64,000 bases of DNA from Eledone cirrhosa (GCA_964016885.1 OZ024743.1:50716001-50780000); one strand, 5' to 3'. Positions 40,246 to 54,029 are shown, counted from the stretch's first letter. The notes: generated by a model not told the origin, from the letters alone. Made by a program: numbers and translations.

Positions 40246-40778
40246 GGTTCTAACTTGAAATAGTTACTTCACAAAAGTTCTTGGTTCTAACTCTAAATTG
40301 TTACTACTCCAAAGTTCTTAGTTCTAGATCTAAATAGTTACATCACCAAAGCTCTTTGTTCTAACTCTATATAGTTACTTCACCGAAGTTCTTGTTTCTG
40401 ACTCTGAATAGTTTCTTAACCAAATTTCTTGGTTCTAACTCTAAATAGTTCGTTCACTAATGTTCTTGGTTCTAACTCTAAATACTTACTTCCCATAAGT
40501 TCTTTGTTCTAACTCTAAATAGTTACTACTCTAAAGTTCTTGGTTCTATCTCTAAAGAGATATTCACTAAAGTTCTTGGTTCTAACTCGAAATTGTTACT
40601 TCGTTAAAGTTCTTGGTTTTAACTCTAAATATTTACTTCACTAAAGTTCTTGGTACTAACTCTAAATAGTTACTTCACCAAAGTTCTAGGTACTAACTCT
40701 AAATAGTTACTACTCCAAAGTTCTTGGTTCTAACGCTATATAGTTACTACTCCAAACTTCTTGCCTCTAACTCTGAAT

Positions 40779-41426
40779 AAAAGGTTCTCAACGGGGGGCA
40801 TATGCGTTTCGGACTCTCCAGGAGGCGTTTGGGAGCAAGGTCGCGTTAGGGGGACGTTCGAAGCTGGGGGGGGGGGGGCTGGAATGTTCTTTACTATGGT
40901 GAATTTTATAAGCCATATTTGTATGTCTTTGAGACAGCCAGTATGAATGCATTTGAATGAGCTTGCAGATATCATAACTATAGTCTGACCCTAGCTGTGA
41001 GGTAATTGATATCCTAGAAATGGATAAACCCAGTCAACTGGGTCAAAGACACTTTGAGCGCAGCCAGTTAGAATCTTATCTTTCATTCACCGATAACAAT
41101 GTATTTCGTGTCAGAAATTATTGACTCAACCGTAACGAGTTAACACTATATAGATCTATTTTATTCCCTATTGTATAAATAATATTACAAATAAAAAAAA
41201 GAAAAGAAAACACCGAAGCGAGTAGCACACACATCTAGGACCGCATACAACACATAATCAGATAATACACACATCTTTGGAATATTGTTAATGAATTTTT
41301 TAGTAATCTACTGATATAAAAATCAGTAGTATATTGAAAAATGGAAAATTAGGGTCGCAGGGGCGGGCGTTTGTGGATTTCTAGGGACAAATGGGGCGTT
41401 TGGCCTAAATGGGTTCAGAACCTGTG
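40779..41426 (+). mobile_element. hAT-type MITE copy 1 (648 bp, internal deletions)
   Basis: Ends are AAAAGGTTCTCAAC and GTTCAGAACCTGTG; flanks are CTCTGAAT and CTCTAAAT. Strand is nominal. Confidence 0.85.
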
Positions 41427-42174
41427 CTCTAAATAGTTACTGCTCCATAGTTCTTGGTTCTAACTCTAAATAGTTACTGCTCCATAGTTCTTGGTTCTAA
41501 CTCTAAAAAGTTACTTCACCAATGTTCTTCGTTCTAACTCTAAATAGTTACTTCACCAAAGTTCTTGGATCTAACTCTAAATAGTTACTACACCAAAGTT
41601 CTTGGCTCTAACTCTAAATAGTTACATCAACAAAGTTCTTGGTTCTAACTCTAAATAGTTACTTCACAAAAGTTGTTTGTTCTAACTATAAATAGTTACT
41701 ACTCCAAGGTTCTTGTTTCTATCTCTAAATAGTTATTTCAGCAAAGTACTTGGTTCTAACTCTAAATAGTTACTTCACCAAAGTTCTTGGTTCTAACTCT
41801 AAATAGTTACTTCACCAAAGTTCTTGTTTCTAACTCTAAATATTTACCCCACCAAAGTTCTTGGTTCTAACTCTAAATAGTTACTTCACAAAAGTTGTTT
41901 GTTCTAACTATAAATAGTTACTACTCCAAAGTTCTTGTCTCTATCTCTAAATAATTACTTCACCAAAGTTCTTGGTTCTAACTCTAAATAGTTACTTCAC
42001 CAATGTTCTTGGTTCTAACTCTAAATAGTTATTACTCTAAAGTTCTTGATTCTAACTCTAAATAGTTACTTCGCCAAAGTTCTTGGTTCTAACTCTAAAT
42101 AGTTACTACTGCAAAGTTCTTGGTTCTAATGCTATATAGTTACTACTCCAAACTTCTTGCCCCTAACACTAAAT

Positions 42175-42885
42175 CAAAGGTTGTCAACGGGGGGCATATG
42201 CACCCCCGGGGGGTGTTTCGAAACTATAGGGCGCGTTTGGGAGCAAGGTCGCGTTAAGGAGGCGTTTGGAGCTGGGGGAGGGGTGCTGGAGGGGGCGTTG
42301 GAAGGCTCTTTATTTTGGTAAGTTTTATAAGCCATATTTGTATGTCTTTGAGACTGCCAGTGTGAATGCATTTGAATGAGCTTGCAGACAGTATAGCTAA
42401 AGTCTGACCGCAGCTGTGAGCAGGTGTGCAGGCATGTCCGGTAATTGAGACGTTAACCGGTAATTGAGATCCTAAAAATGGACAAACCCACAGTCAACTG
42501 GGTCAAAGACACTTTGAGCGCAGCCAGTTAGAATCTTATCTTTCCTTCACCGATAACAATGTATTTCATGTCTAAAATTATTGACTCAACCGTAACGAGT
42601 TAACACTTTGTAAATCTATTTTATTTCCTATTGTATAAATAATATTACAAAAAAAAAAAGAAAAGAAAACACCGAAGCGAGTAGCACACTCATCTAGGAC
42701 CACATACAACACATAATCAGATAATACACACATCTTTGGAATATTGTTAATGAATTTTTTAGTAATCTTCTGATATAAAAATCAGTAGTATATTGAAAAA
42801 TGGAAAGATAGGGTCGCGGGGGTGGGGCGTGATGATTTCGAGGGACATAAGGGCGCGTTTGGCCTAAATGGGTTCAGAACCTTTG
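42175..42885 (+). mobile_element. hAT-type MITE copy 2 (711 bp)
   Basis: Ends are CAAAGGTTGTCAAC and GTTCAGAACCTTTG; flanks are CACTAAAT and CTCTATAT. Confidence 0.87.
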
Positions 42886-43152
42886 CTCTATATAGTTACT
42901 ACTACAAACTTCATGGTTCTAACTCTAAATAGTTACTTCACCAAAGTTCTTGGTTCTAACTCTAAATAGTTACTTCGTCAAAGTTCTAGGTTTTAACTCT
43001 AAATAGTTACTTCACCAAAGTTCTTGGTTCTAACTCTAAATAGTTACTTCACCAATGTTCTTGGTACTAACTCTAAATAGTTACTACTCCAAAGTTCTTG
43101 GTTCTAACGCTATATAGTTACTACTGCAAACTTCTTGACTCTAACTCTAAAT

Positions 43153-43872
43153 CAAAGGTTCTCAACGGAGGGCATATACACCCCCGGGTGGGGGGGCGTT
43201 TCGGAACTCCAGGAGGGCGTTTGGGAGCAAGGTCGCGTTAGGGAGGCGTTTAGAGTTGGGGGAGTGGTGTTGGGCGGGGGCGCAGGAAGGCTCTTTATTT
43301 TGGTAAGTTTTATAAGCCATATTTGTATGTCTTTGAGACAGCCAGTGTCAATGCATTTGAATGAACTTGCAGACAGCATAACTATAGTCTGACCGCAGCT
43401 GTGAGCAGGTGTGCAGGCATGTCCGGTAATTGACACGTTATCCGGTAATTGAGATCCTAAAAATGGAAAAACCCACAGTCAACTGGGTCAAAGACACGTT
43501 GAGCGCAACCAGTTAGAATCTTATCTTTCCTTCACCGATAACAATGTATTTCATGTCTGATATTATTGACTCAACCGTAACGAGTTAACACTATATAGAT
43601 CTATTTTATTCCCTATTGTATAAATAATATTACAATTAAAAAAAAGAAGAGAAAAAACGGAAGCGAGTAGCACACACATCTAGGACCACATACAACACAT
43701 AATCAGATAATACACACATCTTTAGAATATTATTAATCAATTTTTAGTAATCTACTGATATAAGAATCAGTAGTATATTCAAAAATGGAAAAATAGGGAC
43801 GCAGGTAGGGGGCGTTTGGTGATTTCGAAGGACAAAAGGGGACGTTTGGCCTAAATGGGTTCAGAACCTGTG
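43153..43872 (+). mobile_element. hAT-type MITE copy 3 (720 bp)
   Basis: Ends are CAAAGGTTCTCAAC and GTTCAGAACCTGTG, with a perfect 8-bp TSD CTCTAAAT (43145-43152 and 43873-43880). Confidence 0.9.
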
Positions 43873-44239
43873 CTCTAAATAGTTACTACTCCAAAGTTCT
43901 TGGTTCTAACTCTAAATAGTTACTGCTCCATAGATCTAGGTTCTAACTCTAAATAGTTACTTCACCATAGTTCTTGGTTCTAACGCTAAGTAGTTACTTA
44001 ACAAAAGTTCTTGGTTCTAGCTCTCAATAGATACTTCACCAGTGTTCCTCGTTCCAACTCTAAATAATTACTTCTCCCAAGTTCTTGGTTCTAACTCTAA
44101 ATAGTTACTACTCCAAAGTTCAGGTCTCTATCTCTAAATAATTACTTCCCCAAAGTTCTTGGTTCTAACTCTAAATAATTACTTCACCAAAGTTCTTGGT
44201 TCTAACTCTAAATAGTTACTTCACTAACTTTCTTGGTTC

Positions 44240-44780
44240 AAAGTCTAAATAGGTACTACTCCAAACTACTTGTCTCTACCCTAAATAGTTACTTCACCAA
44301 AGTTCTTGGTTCTAACTCTAAATAGATACTTCACTAACGTTCTTGGTTCTAACTCTAAATAGGTACTACTCCAAAGTTCTTGTCTCTACCCTAAATAGTT
44401 ACTTCACCAAAGTTCTTGGTTCTAACTCTAAATAGATACTTCACTAACGTTCTTGGTTCTAACTCTAAATAGGTACTACTCCAAAGTTCTTGTCTCTACC
44501 CTAAATAGTTACTTCACCAAAGTTCTTGGTTCTAACTCTAAATAGATACTTCACTAACGTTCTTGGTTCTAACTCTAAATAGGTACTACTCCAAAGTTCT
44601 TGTCTCTACCCTAAATAGTTACTTCACCAAAGTTCTTGGTTCTAACTCTAAATAGATACTTCACTAACGTTCTTGGTTCTAACTCTAAATAGGTACTACT
44701 CCAAAGTTCTTGTCTCTACCCTAAATAGTTACTTCACCAAAGTTCTTGGTTCTAACTCTAAATAGTTACTTCACCAGCGT
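44240..44780 (+). repeat. 110-bp three-monomer higher-order repeat, about 5 copies
   Basis: TGTCTCTACC at 44271, 44381, 44491, 44601 and 44711. A paralogous 3-copy tract has it at 46521, 46631 and 46741. Confidence 0.92.
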
Positions 44781-47700
44781 TCATGGTTATAACTATAAAT
44801 ACTTACTGAACCAAAGTTCTTGGTTTTAACTCTAAATAGTCACTACAACAAAGTTCTTGGTTCTAGTTCTAAATATTTACTACTCCAAAGTTCTTGGTTC
44901 TAACTCTAAATAGTTACTTCGCCAAAGTTCTTGGTTCTAACTCTATATTGTTACTACTACAAACTTCTTGGTTCTAACTCTAAATAGTCACTACTCCAAA
45001 GTTCATGGTTCTAGATCTAAATAGTTACTTCACCAAAGTTCTTGGTTCTAACTCTAAATAGTTACTTCACCAAAGTAATTGTTTCTAACTCTAAATATTT
45101 ACCCCACCAAAGTTCTTGGTTTTAACTCTCAATAGGTACTACTCCAAAGTTCAGGTCTCTATCTCTAAATAATTACTTCACCAAAGTTCTAGGTTCTAAC
45201 TCTAAATAGTTACTTCACCAAAGTTCTTGGTTCTAATTCTAAATAGTTACTTCACTAACGTTCTTGGTTCTAACTCTAAATAGGTACTACTCCAAAGTTC
45301 TTGTCTCTACCCTAAATAGTTACTTCACCAAAGTTCTTGGTTCTAACTCTAAATAGTTACTTCAGCAAAGTACTTGGTTCTAAATCAAAATAGTTACTTC
45401 ACCAAAGTTCCTGGTTCTAACTCTAAATAGTTACTTCACCAAAGTTTTTGTTTCTAACTCTAAATATTTACTTCACCAAAGTTCTTGGTTCTAACTCTAA
45501 ATAGTTACTATTACATAGTTCTTCGTTTTAACTCTAAATAGTTATTACACCAAAGTTCTTGGTTCTGCCTCTAATTAGTTCCTTCAACAAAGTTCTTAGT
45601 TCTAACTCTATATAGTTATTTCACAAAGGTTCTTTGTTCTAACTCTAAATAGATACGACTCCAAAGTTCTTGGTCTATCTCTAAATAGTTACTTCAGCAA
45701 AGTACTTGGTTCGAAATCTAAATAGTTACTTCACCAAAGTACTTGGTTCTAACTCTAAATATTTACTACACCAATGTTCTTGGTTCTATGTCTAAATAGT
45801 TACTTCACCAAAGTTCTTGGTTCTAATTCAAAATAGTTACTTCACCAAAGTTCTTGGTTCTAACTCTAAATAGTTACTTCACCAACGTTCATGGTTCTAA
45901 CTATAAATAGTTACTTCACCAAAGTTCTTGGTTTTAACTCTAAATAGTCACTACTCCAAAGTTCTTGGTTCTAGTTCTAAATAGTTACTACTCCAAAGTT
46001 CTTGGTTCTAACTCTAAATAGTTACTTCGCCAAAGTACTTGGTTCTAACTCTAAATATTTACTACACCAATGTTCTTGGTTCTATCTCTAAATAGTTACT
46101 TCACCAAAGTTCTTGGTTCTAACTCTAAATAGTCACTCCTCCAAAGTTCGTGGTCTTAACTCTAAATAATTACTACTCCAAAGTTCGTGGTTCTAACTCT
46201 AAATAGTTACTGCAGCAAATGTCTTGGTTCTAATAGTAAATAGATACTAGTCCAAGGTTCTAGGTTCTAACTCTAAATAGTTACTACTCCAAAGTTCTTG
46301 GTTCTAACTCTAAATGGTTACTACTCCATAGTTCTTGGTTATAACTCTAAATAGTTATTACACAAACATTCTTAGTTCTACCTCTAATTAGTTCCTTAAA
46401 TAAAGTTGTTAGTTCTAACTCTAAATAGTTACTTCACCAAAGTTCTTGATTCTAACTCGAAATAGTTACTTCACTAACGTTCTTGGTTCAAAGTCTAAAT
46501 AGGTACTACTCCAAAGTACTTGTCTCTACCCTAAATAGTTACTTCACCAAAGTTCTTGGTTCTAACTCTAAATAGTTACTTCACTAACATTCTTGGTTCT
46601 AACTCTAAATAGGTACTACTCCAAAGTTCTTGTCTCTACCCTAAATAGTTACTTCACCAAAGTTCTTGGTTCTAACTCTAAATAGTTACTTCACTAACAT
46701 TCTTGGTTCTAACTCTAAATAGGTACTACTCCAAAGTTCTTGTCTCTACCCTAAATAGTTACTTCACCAAAGTTCTTGGTTTTAACTCTAAATAGTCACT
46801 ACAACAAAGTTCTTGGTTCTAGTTCTAAATATTTACTACTCCAAAGTTCTTGGTTCTAACTCTAAATAGTTACTTCACCAAAGTTCTTGGTTCTAACTCT
46901 ATATTGTTACTACCACAAACTTCCTGGTTCTAACTCTAAATAGTCACTACTCCAAAGTTCATGGTTCCAGATCTAAATAGTTACTTCACCAAAGTTATTG
47001 TTTCTAACTCTAAATATTTACCCCACCAAAGTTCTTGGTTTTAACTCTCAATAGGTACTACTCCAAAGTTCAGGTCTCTATCTCTAAATAATTACTTCAC
47101 CAAAGTTCTAGGTTCTAACTCTAAATAGTTACTTCACCAAAGTTCTTGGTTCTAATTCTAAATAGTTATTTCACTAACGTTCTTGGTTCTAACTCTAAAT
47201 AGGTACTACTCCAAAGTTCTTGTCTCTACCCTAAATAGTTACTTCACCAAAGTTCTTGGTTCTAACTCTAAATAGTTACTTCAGCAAAGTACTTGGTTAT
47301 AAATCAAAATAGTTACTTCACCAAAGTTCCTGGTTCTAACTCTAAATAGTTACTTCACCAAAGTTTTTGTTTCTAACTCTAAATATTTACTTCACCAAAG
47401 TTCTTGGTTCTAACTCTAAATAGTTACTATTACATAGTTCTTCGTTTTAACTCTAAATAGTTATTACACCAAAGTTCTTGGTTCTGCCTCTAATTAGTTC
47501 CTTCAACAAAGTTCTTAGTTCTAACTCTATATAGTTACTTCACAAAGGTTCTTTGTTCTAACTCTAAAGAGATACGACTCCAAAGTTCTTGTCTCTACCC
47601 TAAATAGTTACATCACCAAAGTTCTTGGTTCTAACTCAAAATAGTTACTTCACCAAAGTTCTTGGTTCTAACTCTAAATAGTTACTTCACCAACGTTCAT

Positions 47701-48675
47701 GGTTCTAACTATATATAGTTACTTCACCAAAGTTCTTGGTTTTAACTCTAAATAGTCACTACTCCAAAGTTCTTGGTTCTAGTTCTAAATAGTTACTACT
47801 CCAAAGTTCTTGGTTCTAACTCTAAATAGTTTCTTCGCCAAAGTACTTGGTTCTAACTCTAAATATTTACTACACCAATGTTCTTGGTTCTATCTCTAAA
47901 TAGTTACTTCACCAAAGTTCTTGGTTCTAACTCTAAATAGTCACTCCTCCAAAGTTCGTGGTCTTAACTCTAAATAATTACTACTCCAAAGTTCGTGGTT
48001 CTAACTCTAAATAGTTACTGCAGCAAATGTCTTGGTTCTAATAGTAAATAGTTACTAGTCCAAGGTTCTCGGTTCTAACTCTAAATAGTTACTACACCAA
48101 AGTTCTTGGTTCTAACTCTAAATGGTTACTACTCCATAGTTCTTGGTTATAACTCTAAATAGTTATTACACAAACATTCTTAGTTCTACCTCTAATTAGT
48201 TCCTTAAATAAAGTTGTTAGTTCTAACTCTAAATAGTTACTTCACAAAAGTTCTTGATTCTAACTCGAAATAGTTACTTCACTAACGTTTTGGTTCTAAC
48301 TTTAAATAGGTACTACTCCAAAGTTTTGTCTCTATCTCTAAATAATTACTTTACCAAAGTTCTTGTTTCTAACTCTAAATAGTTACTTCCCCCAAGTTCT
48401 TGGTTCTAACTCTAAATAGTTACTTCACCAAAGTTCTTGGTTCTATTATATATAGTTACTACTACAATCTTCTTAGTTCTAACTCTAAATAGTCACTCCT
48501 CCAAAGTTCTTAGGCCTAACTCTAAATATTAACTACTCCAAAGTTCTTGGTTCTAACTCTAAATAGTTACTTCACCAAAGTTCTTGATTCTAACTCTAAA
48601 TAGTTACTACTCCAAAGTTCTTGGTTCTAACGCTATATAGTTACTACTCCAAACTTCTTGCCTCTAACACTAAAT

Positions 48676-49394
48676 CAATGGTTGTCAACGGGGGCATATG
48701 CAACCCCGGGGGGGGGGGGGGTTATGGAATTTTAGGGCGCGTTTGGGAGCAAGGTCGCGTTAGTGAGGCGTTTGGAGCTGGGGGAGGGGTGCTGGAGGGG
48801 GCGTTGGAAGGCTCTTTATTTTGGTAAGTTTTATAAGCCATATTTGTATGTCTTTGAGACTGCCAGTGTGAATGCATTTGAATGAGCTTGCAGACAGCAT
48901 AACTAAAGTCTGACCGCAGCTGTGAGCAGGTGTGCAGGCATGTCCGGTAATTGAGACGTTAACCGGTAATTGAGATCCTAAAAATGGACAAACCCACAGT
49001 CAACTGGGTCAAAGACACTTTGAGCGCAGCCAGTTAGAATCTTATCTTTCCTTCACCGATAACAATGTATTTCATGTCTAAAATTATTGACTCAACCGTA
49101 ACGAGTTAACACTTTGTAGATCTATTTTATTTCCTATTGTATAGATAATATTACAAATAAAAAAAGAAAAGAAAACACCGAAGCGAGTAGCACGCACATC
49201 TAGGACCACATACAACACATAATCAGATAATACACACATCTTTGGAATATTGTTAATGAATTTTATAGTAATCTTCTGATATAAAAAATCAGTAGTATAT
49301 TGAAAAATGGAAAAATAGGGTCGCGGGGGGGGGGGGGGTGATTATTTCGAGGGACATAAGGGGGCGTTTGGCCTAAATGGGTTCAGAACCTTTG
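48676..49394 (+). mobile_element. hAT-type MITE copy 4 (719 bp), sister of copy 2
   Basis: Ends are CAATGGTTGTCAAC and GTTCAGAACCTTTG; flanks CACTAAAT and CTCTATAT match copy 2. Confidence 0.87.
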
Positions 49395-49659
49395 CTCTAT
49401 ATAGTTACTAATACAAACTTCATGGTTCTAACTCTAAATAGTTACTTCACCAAAGTTCTTGGTTCTAACTCTAAATAGTTACTTCGTCAAAGTTCTAGGT
49501 TTTAACTCTAAATAGTTACTTCACCAAAGTTCTTGGTTCTAACTCTAAATAGTTACTTCACCAATGTTCTTGGTACTAACTCTAAATAGTTACTACTCCA
49601 AAGTTCTTGGTTCTAACGCTATATAGTTACTACTCCAAACTTCTTGACTAACTCTAAAT

Positions 49660-50379
49660 CAAAGGTTCTCAACGGAGGGCGTATACACCGCCGGGGGAGG
49701 GGGGCGTTTCGGAACTCCAGGAGGGCGTTTGGGAGCAAGGTCGCGTTAGGGAGGCGTTTGGAGCTGGGGGAGGGGTGTTGGGCGGGGGCGCAGGAAGGCT
49801 CTTTATTTTGGTAAGTTTTATAAGCCGTATTTGTATGTCTTTGAGACAGCCAGTGTGAATGCATTTGAATGAGCTTGCAGACAGCATAACTATAGTCTGA
49901 CCGCAGCTGTGAGCAGGTGTGCAGGCATGTCCGGTAATTGACACGTTATCCGGTAATTGAGATCCTAAAAATGGAAAACCCCACAGTCAACTGGGTCAAA
50001 GACACGTTGAGCGCAGCCAGTTAGAATCTTATCTTTCCTTCACCGATAACAATGTATTACATGTCTGATATTATTGACTCAACCGTAACGAGTTAACACT
50101 ATATAGATCTATTTTATTCCCTATTGTATAAATAATATTACAAATAAAAAAAGAAAAGAATAAACGGAAGCGAGTAGCACACACATCTAGGACCACATAC
50201 AACACATAATCAGATAATACACACATCTTTAGAATATTGTTAATCAATTTTTAGTAATCTACTGATATAAAAATCAGTAGTATATTCAAAAATGGAAAGA
50301 TAGGGACGCGGGTAGGGGGCGTTTGGTGATTTCGAGGGACAAAAGGGGGCGTTTGGCCTAAATGGGTTCAGAACCTGTG
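49660..50379 (+). mobile_element. hAT-type MITE copy 5 (720 bp), sister of copy 3
   Basis: Ends are CAAAGGTTCTCAAC and GTTCAGAACCTGTG, with a perfect TSD CTCTAAAT (49652-49659 and 50380-50387). Confidence 0.9.
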
Positions 50380-53300
50380 CTCTAAATAGTTACTACTCCA
50401 AAATTCTTGGTTCTAACTCGAAATAGTTACTGCTCCATAGATCTAGGTTCTAACTCTAAATAGTTACTTCACCATAGTTCTTGGTTCTAACGCTAAGTAG
50501 TTACTTAACAAAAGTTCTTGGTTCTAGCTCTCAATAGATACTTCACCAATGTTCCTCGTTCCAACTCTAAATAGTTACTTCACCCAAGTTCTTGGTTCTA
50601 ACTCTAAATATTTACTACTCCAAAGTTCTTGGTTCTAACTCTAAATAGTTACTTCACCAAAGTTCTTGGTTCTAACTGTATATTGTTACTACTACAAACT
50701 TCATGGTTCTAACTCTAAATAGTCACTACTCCAAAGTTCTTGGTTCTAACTATAAATAGTTACTTCACCAAAGTTCTTGGTTTTAACTGTAAATAGTCAC
50801 TACTCCAAAGTTCTTGGTTCTAGATCTAAATAGTTACTTCACCAAAGTTCTTGGTTCTAACTCTAAATAGTTACTTCACCAAAGTTCTTGGTTCTAACTA
50901 TAAATAGTTACTTCACCAAAGTTCTTGGTTTTAACTCTAAATAGTCGCTACTCCAAAGTTCTTGGTTCTAGATCTAAATAGTTACTTCACCAAAGTTCTT
51001 GGTTCTAACTCTAAATATTTACTTCACCAAAGTTCTTGGTTCTAACTATAAATAGTTACTTCACCAAAGTTCTTGGTTTTAACTCTAAATAGTCACTACT
51101 CCAAAGTTCTTGGTTCTAGTTCTAAATAGTTACTTCGCCAAAGTTCTTGGTTCTAACTCTATATTGTTACTACTACAAACTTCATGGTTCTAACTCTAAA
51201 TAGTCACTACTCCAAAGTTCATGGTTCTAGATCTAAATAGTTACTTCACCAAAGTTCTTGGTTCTAACTCTAAATAATTACTTTACCAAAGTTCTTGTTT
51301 CTAACTCTAAATAGTTACTTCGCCAAAGTTCTTGGTTCTAACTCTAAATAGTTACTTCAGCAAAGTACTTGGTTCTAACTCAAAATAGTTACTTCACCAA
51401 AGTTCCTGGTTCTAACTCTAAATAGTTACTTCACCAAAGTTTTTGTTTCTAACTCTAAATATTTACTTCACCAAAGTTCTTGGTTCTAACTATAAATAGT
51501 TACTTCACCAAAGTTCTTGGTTTTAACTGTAAATAGTCACTACTCCAAGGTTCTTGGTTCTAATTCTAAATAGTTACTTCGCCAAAGTTCTTGGTTCTAA
51601 CTCTATATTGTTACTACTACAAACTTCATGGTTCTAACTCTAAATAGTCACTACTCCAGAGTTCATGGTTCTAGATCTAAATAGTTACTACTCCAAAGTT
51701 CTTGGTTCTAGCTCTAAATAGTTACTTCCCCAAAGTTCTTGGTTCTAACTCTATATTGTTACTACTACAAACTTCATGGTTTTAACTCTAAATAGGTACT
51801 ACTCCAAAGTTAAGGTCTCTATCTCTAAATAATTACTTCACCAAAGTTCTTGGTTCTAACTCTAAATAGTTACTTCACCAAAGTTCTTGGTTCTAACTCT
51901 AAATAGTTACTTCACTAACGGTCTTGGTTCTAACTCTAAATAGGTACTACTCCAAAGTTCTTGTCTCTACCCTAAATAGTTACTTCACCAACGTTCTTGG
52001 TTCTAACTCTAAATAGTTACTTCAGCAAAGTACTTGTTTCTAAATCAAAATAGTTACTTCACCAAAGTTCCTGGTTCTAACTCTAAATAGTTACTTCACC
52101 AAAGTTTTTGTTTCTAACTCTAAATATTTACTTCACCAAAGTTCTTGGTTCTAACTATAAATAGTTACTTCACCAAAGTTCTTGGTTCCAACTCTAAATA
52201 GTTACTTCATGAAAGTTCTTGGTTTTAAATCTAAATAGTTACTTCACCAAGGTTCTTGCTACTAACTAGAAATAGTTACTACTCCAAGGTTCGTGGTTCT
52301 AACTCTAAATAGTTACTATTACATAGTTCTTCGTTTTAACTCTAAATAGTTATTACATCAAAGTTCTTGGTTGTGCCTCTAATTAGTTCCTTCAACAAAG
52401 TTCTTAGTTCTAACTCTATATAGTTACTGCACAAAGGTTCTTTGTTCTAACTCTAAATAGATACGACTCCAAAGTTCTTGGGTCTATCTCTAAATAGTTA
52501 CTTCAGCAAAGTACTTGGTTCGAAATCTAAATAGTTACTTCACCAAAGTACTTGGTTCTAACTCTAAATATTTACTACACCAATGTTCTTGGTTCTAACT
52601 CTAAATAGTTACTTCACTAATGTTCTTGGTTCTAACTCTAAATAGGTACTACTCCAAAGTTCTTGTCTCTACCCTAAATAGTTACTTCACCAAAGTTCTT
52701 GGTTCTAACACAAAATAGTTACTTCACCAAAGTTCCTGGTTCTAACTCTAAATAGTTACTTCACCAAAGTTCTTGGTTCTAACTATAAATAGGTACTTCA
52801 CCAAAGTTCTTGGTTTTAACTCTAAATAGTTACTACTCCAAAGTTCTTGGTTCTAACTCTAAATAGTTACTTCGCCAAAGTACTTGGTTCTAACTCTAAA
52901 TATTTACTACACCAATGTTCTTGGTTCTAACTCTAAATAGTCACTCCTCCAAAGTTCGTGGTCTTAACTCTAAATAATTACTACTCCAAAGTTCGTGGTT
53001 CTAACTCTAAATAGTTACTGCAGCAAATGTCTTGGTTCTAATAGTAAATAGTTACTAGTCCAAGGTTCTAGGTTCTAACTCTAAATAGTTACTACTCCAA
53101 AGTTCTTAGTTTTAACTCTAAATGGTTACTACTCCATAGTTCTTGGTTATAACTCTAAATAGTTATTACACAAAAATTCTTAGTTCTACCTCTAATTAGT
53201 TCCTTAAATAAAGTTGTTAGTTCTAACTCTAAATAGTTACTTCACAAAAGTTCTTGATTCTAACTCGAAATAGTTAATTCACTAACATTTTGGTTCTAAC

Positions 53301-54029
53301 TTTAAATAGGTACTACTCCAAAGTTTTGTCTCTATCCCTAAACAATTACTTTACCAAAGTTCTTGTTTTAAACTCTAAATAGTTACTTCCCCCAAGTTCT
53401 TGGTTCTAACTATAAATAGTTACTTCACCAAAGTTCTTGGTTCTACTATATATAGTTACTACTACAATCTTCTTAGTTCTAACTCTAAATAGTCACTCCT
53501 CCAAAGTTCTTAGGCCTAACTCTAAATATTAACTACTCCAAAGTTCTTGGTTCTAACTCTAAATAGTTACTTCACCAAAGTTCTTGACTCTTACTCTAAA
53601 TAGTTACTACACCAAAGTTCTTTGTTCTAACTCTAAATATTTACTACTTTAAAATTCTCGGTTATAAATCTAAATAGTTACTACTCCAAACAACTTGTTT
53701 CTAACCCTAAATACATATTTCATCAAAGTTCTTGGCTCTAACTCTAAATAGTTACTACTCCAAAGTTCTTGTGTCTAACTCTAAATAGTTACTATCCAAA
53801 GTTCTTGGTTGTAACTCTAAATAGTTACTTCACCAAAGTTCTTGATTCTTACTCTAAATAGTTATTACATCAAAGTTCTTTGTTCTATCTCTAAATAGTT
53901 ACTTCACCAAAGTTCTTGTTTCTAACTCTAAATAATTAATACTCCAAAGTTCTTTGTTCTAACTCGAAATATTTACTACTCCAAAATTCTTGGTTATAAC
54001 TCTAAATAGTTACTTCTCCAAACGGCTTG

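Noticed and set aside
42478-42560. ATGGACAAA in the MITE as a residual hAT transposase start
   Set aside because: No sustained ORF or recognisable BED/DDE motif follows, so it cannot be supported.
40736-49944. Short Pro- or Gly-rich ORFs overlapping the MITE left ends
   Set aside because: They result from GC-rich subterminal sequence, frames and lengths differ between copies, and no transposase motifs are present.
25215-50379. A single fixed ~6.5-kb periodicity across the array (6523 versus 6501-6507 offsets)
   Set aside because: The two duplications involve different sequence blocks and the second includes an internal duplication, so the similar sizes are probably coincidental.
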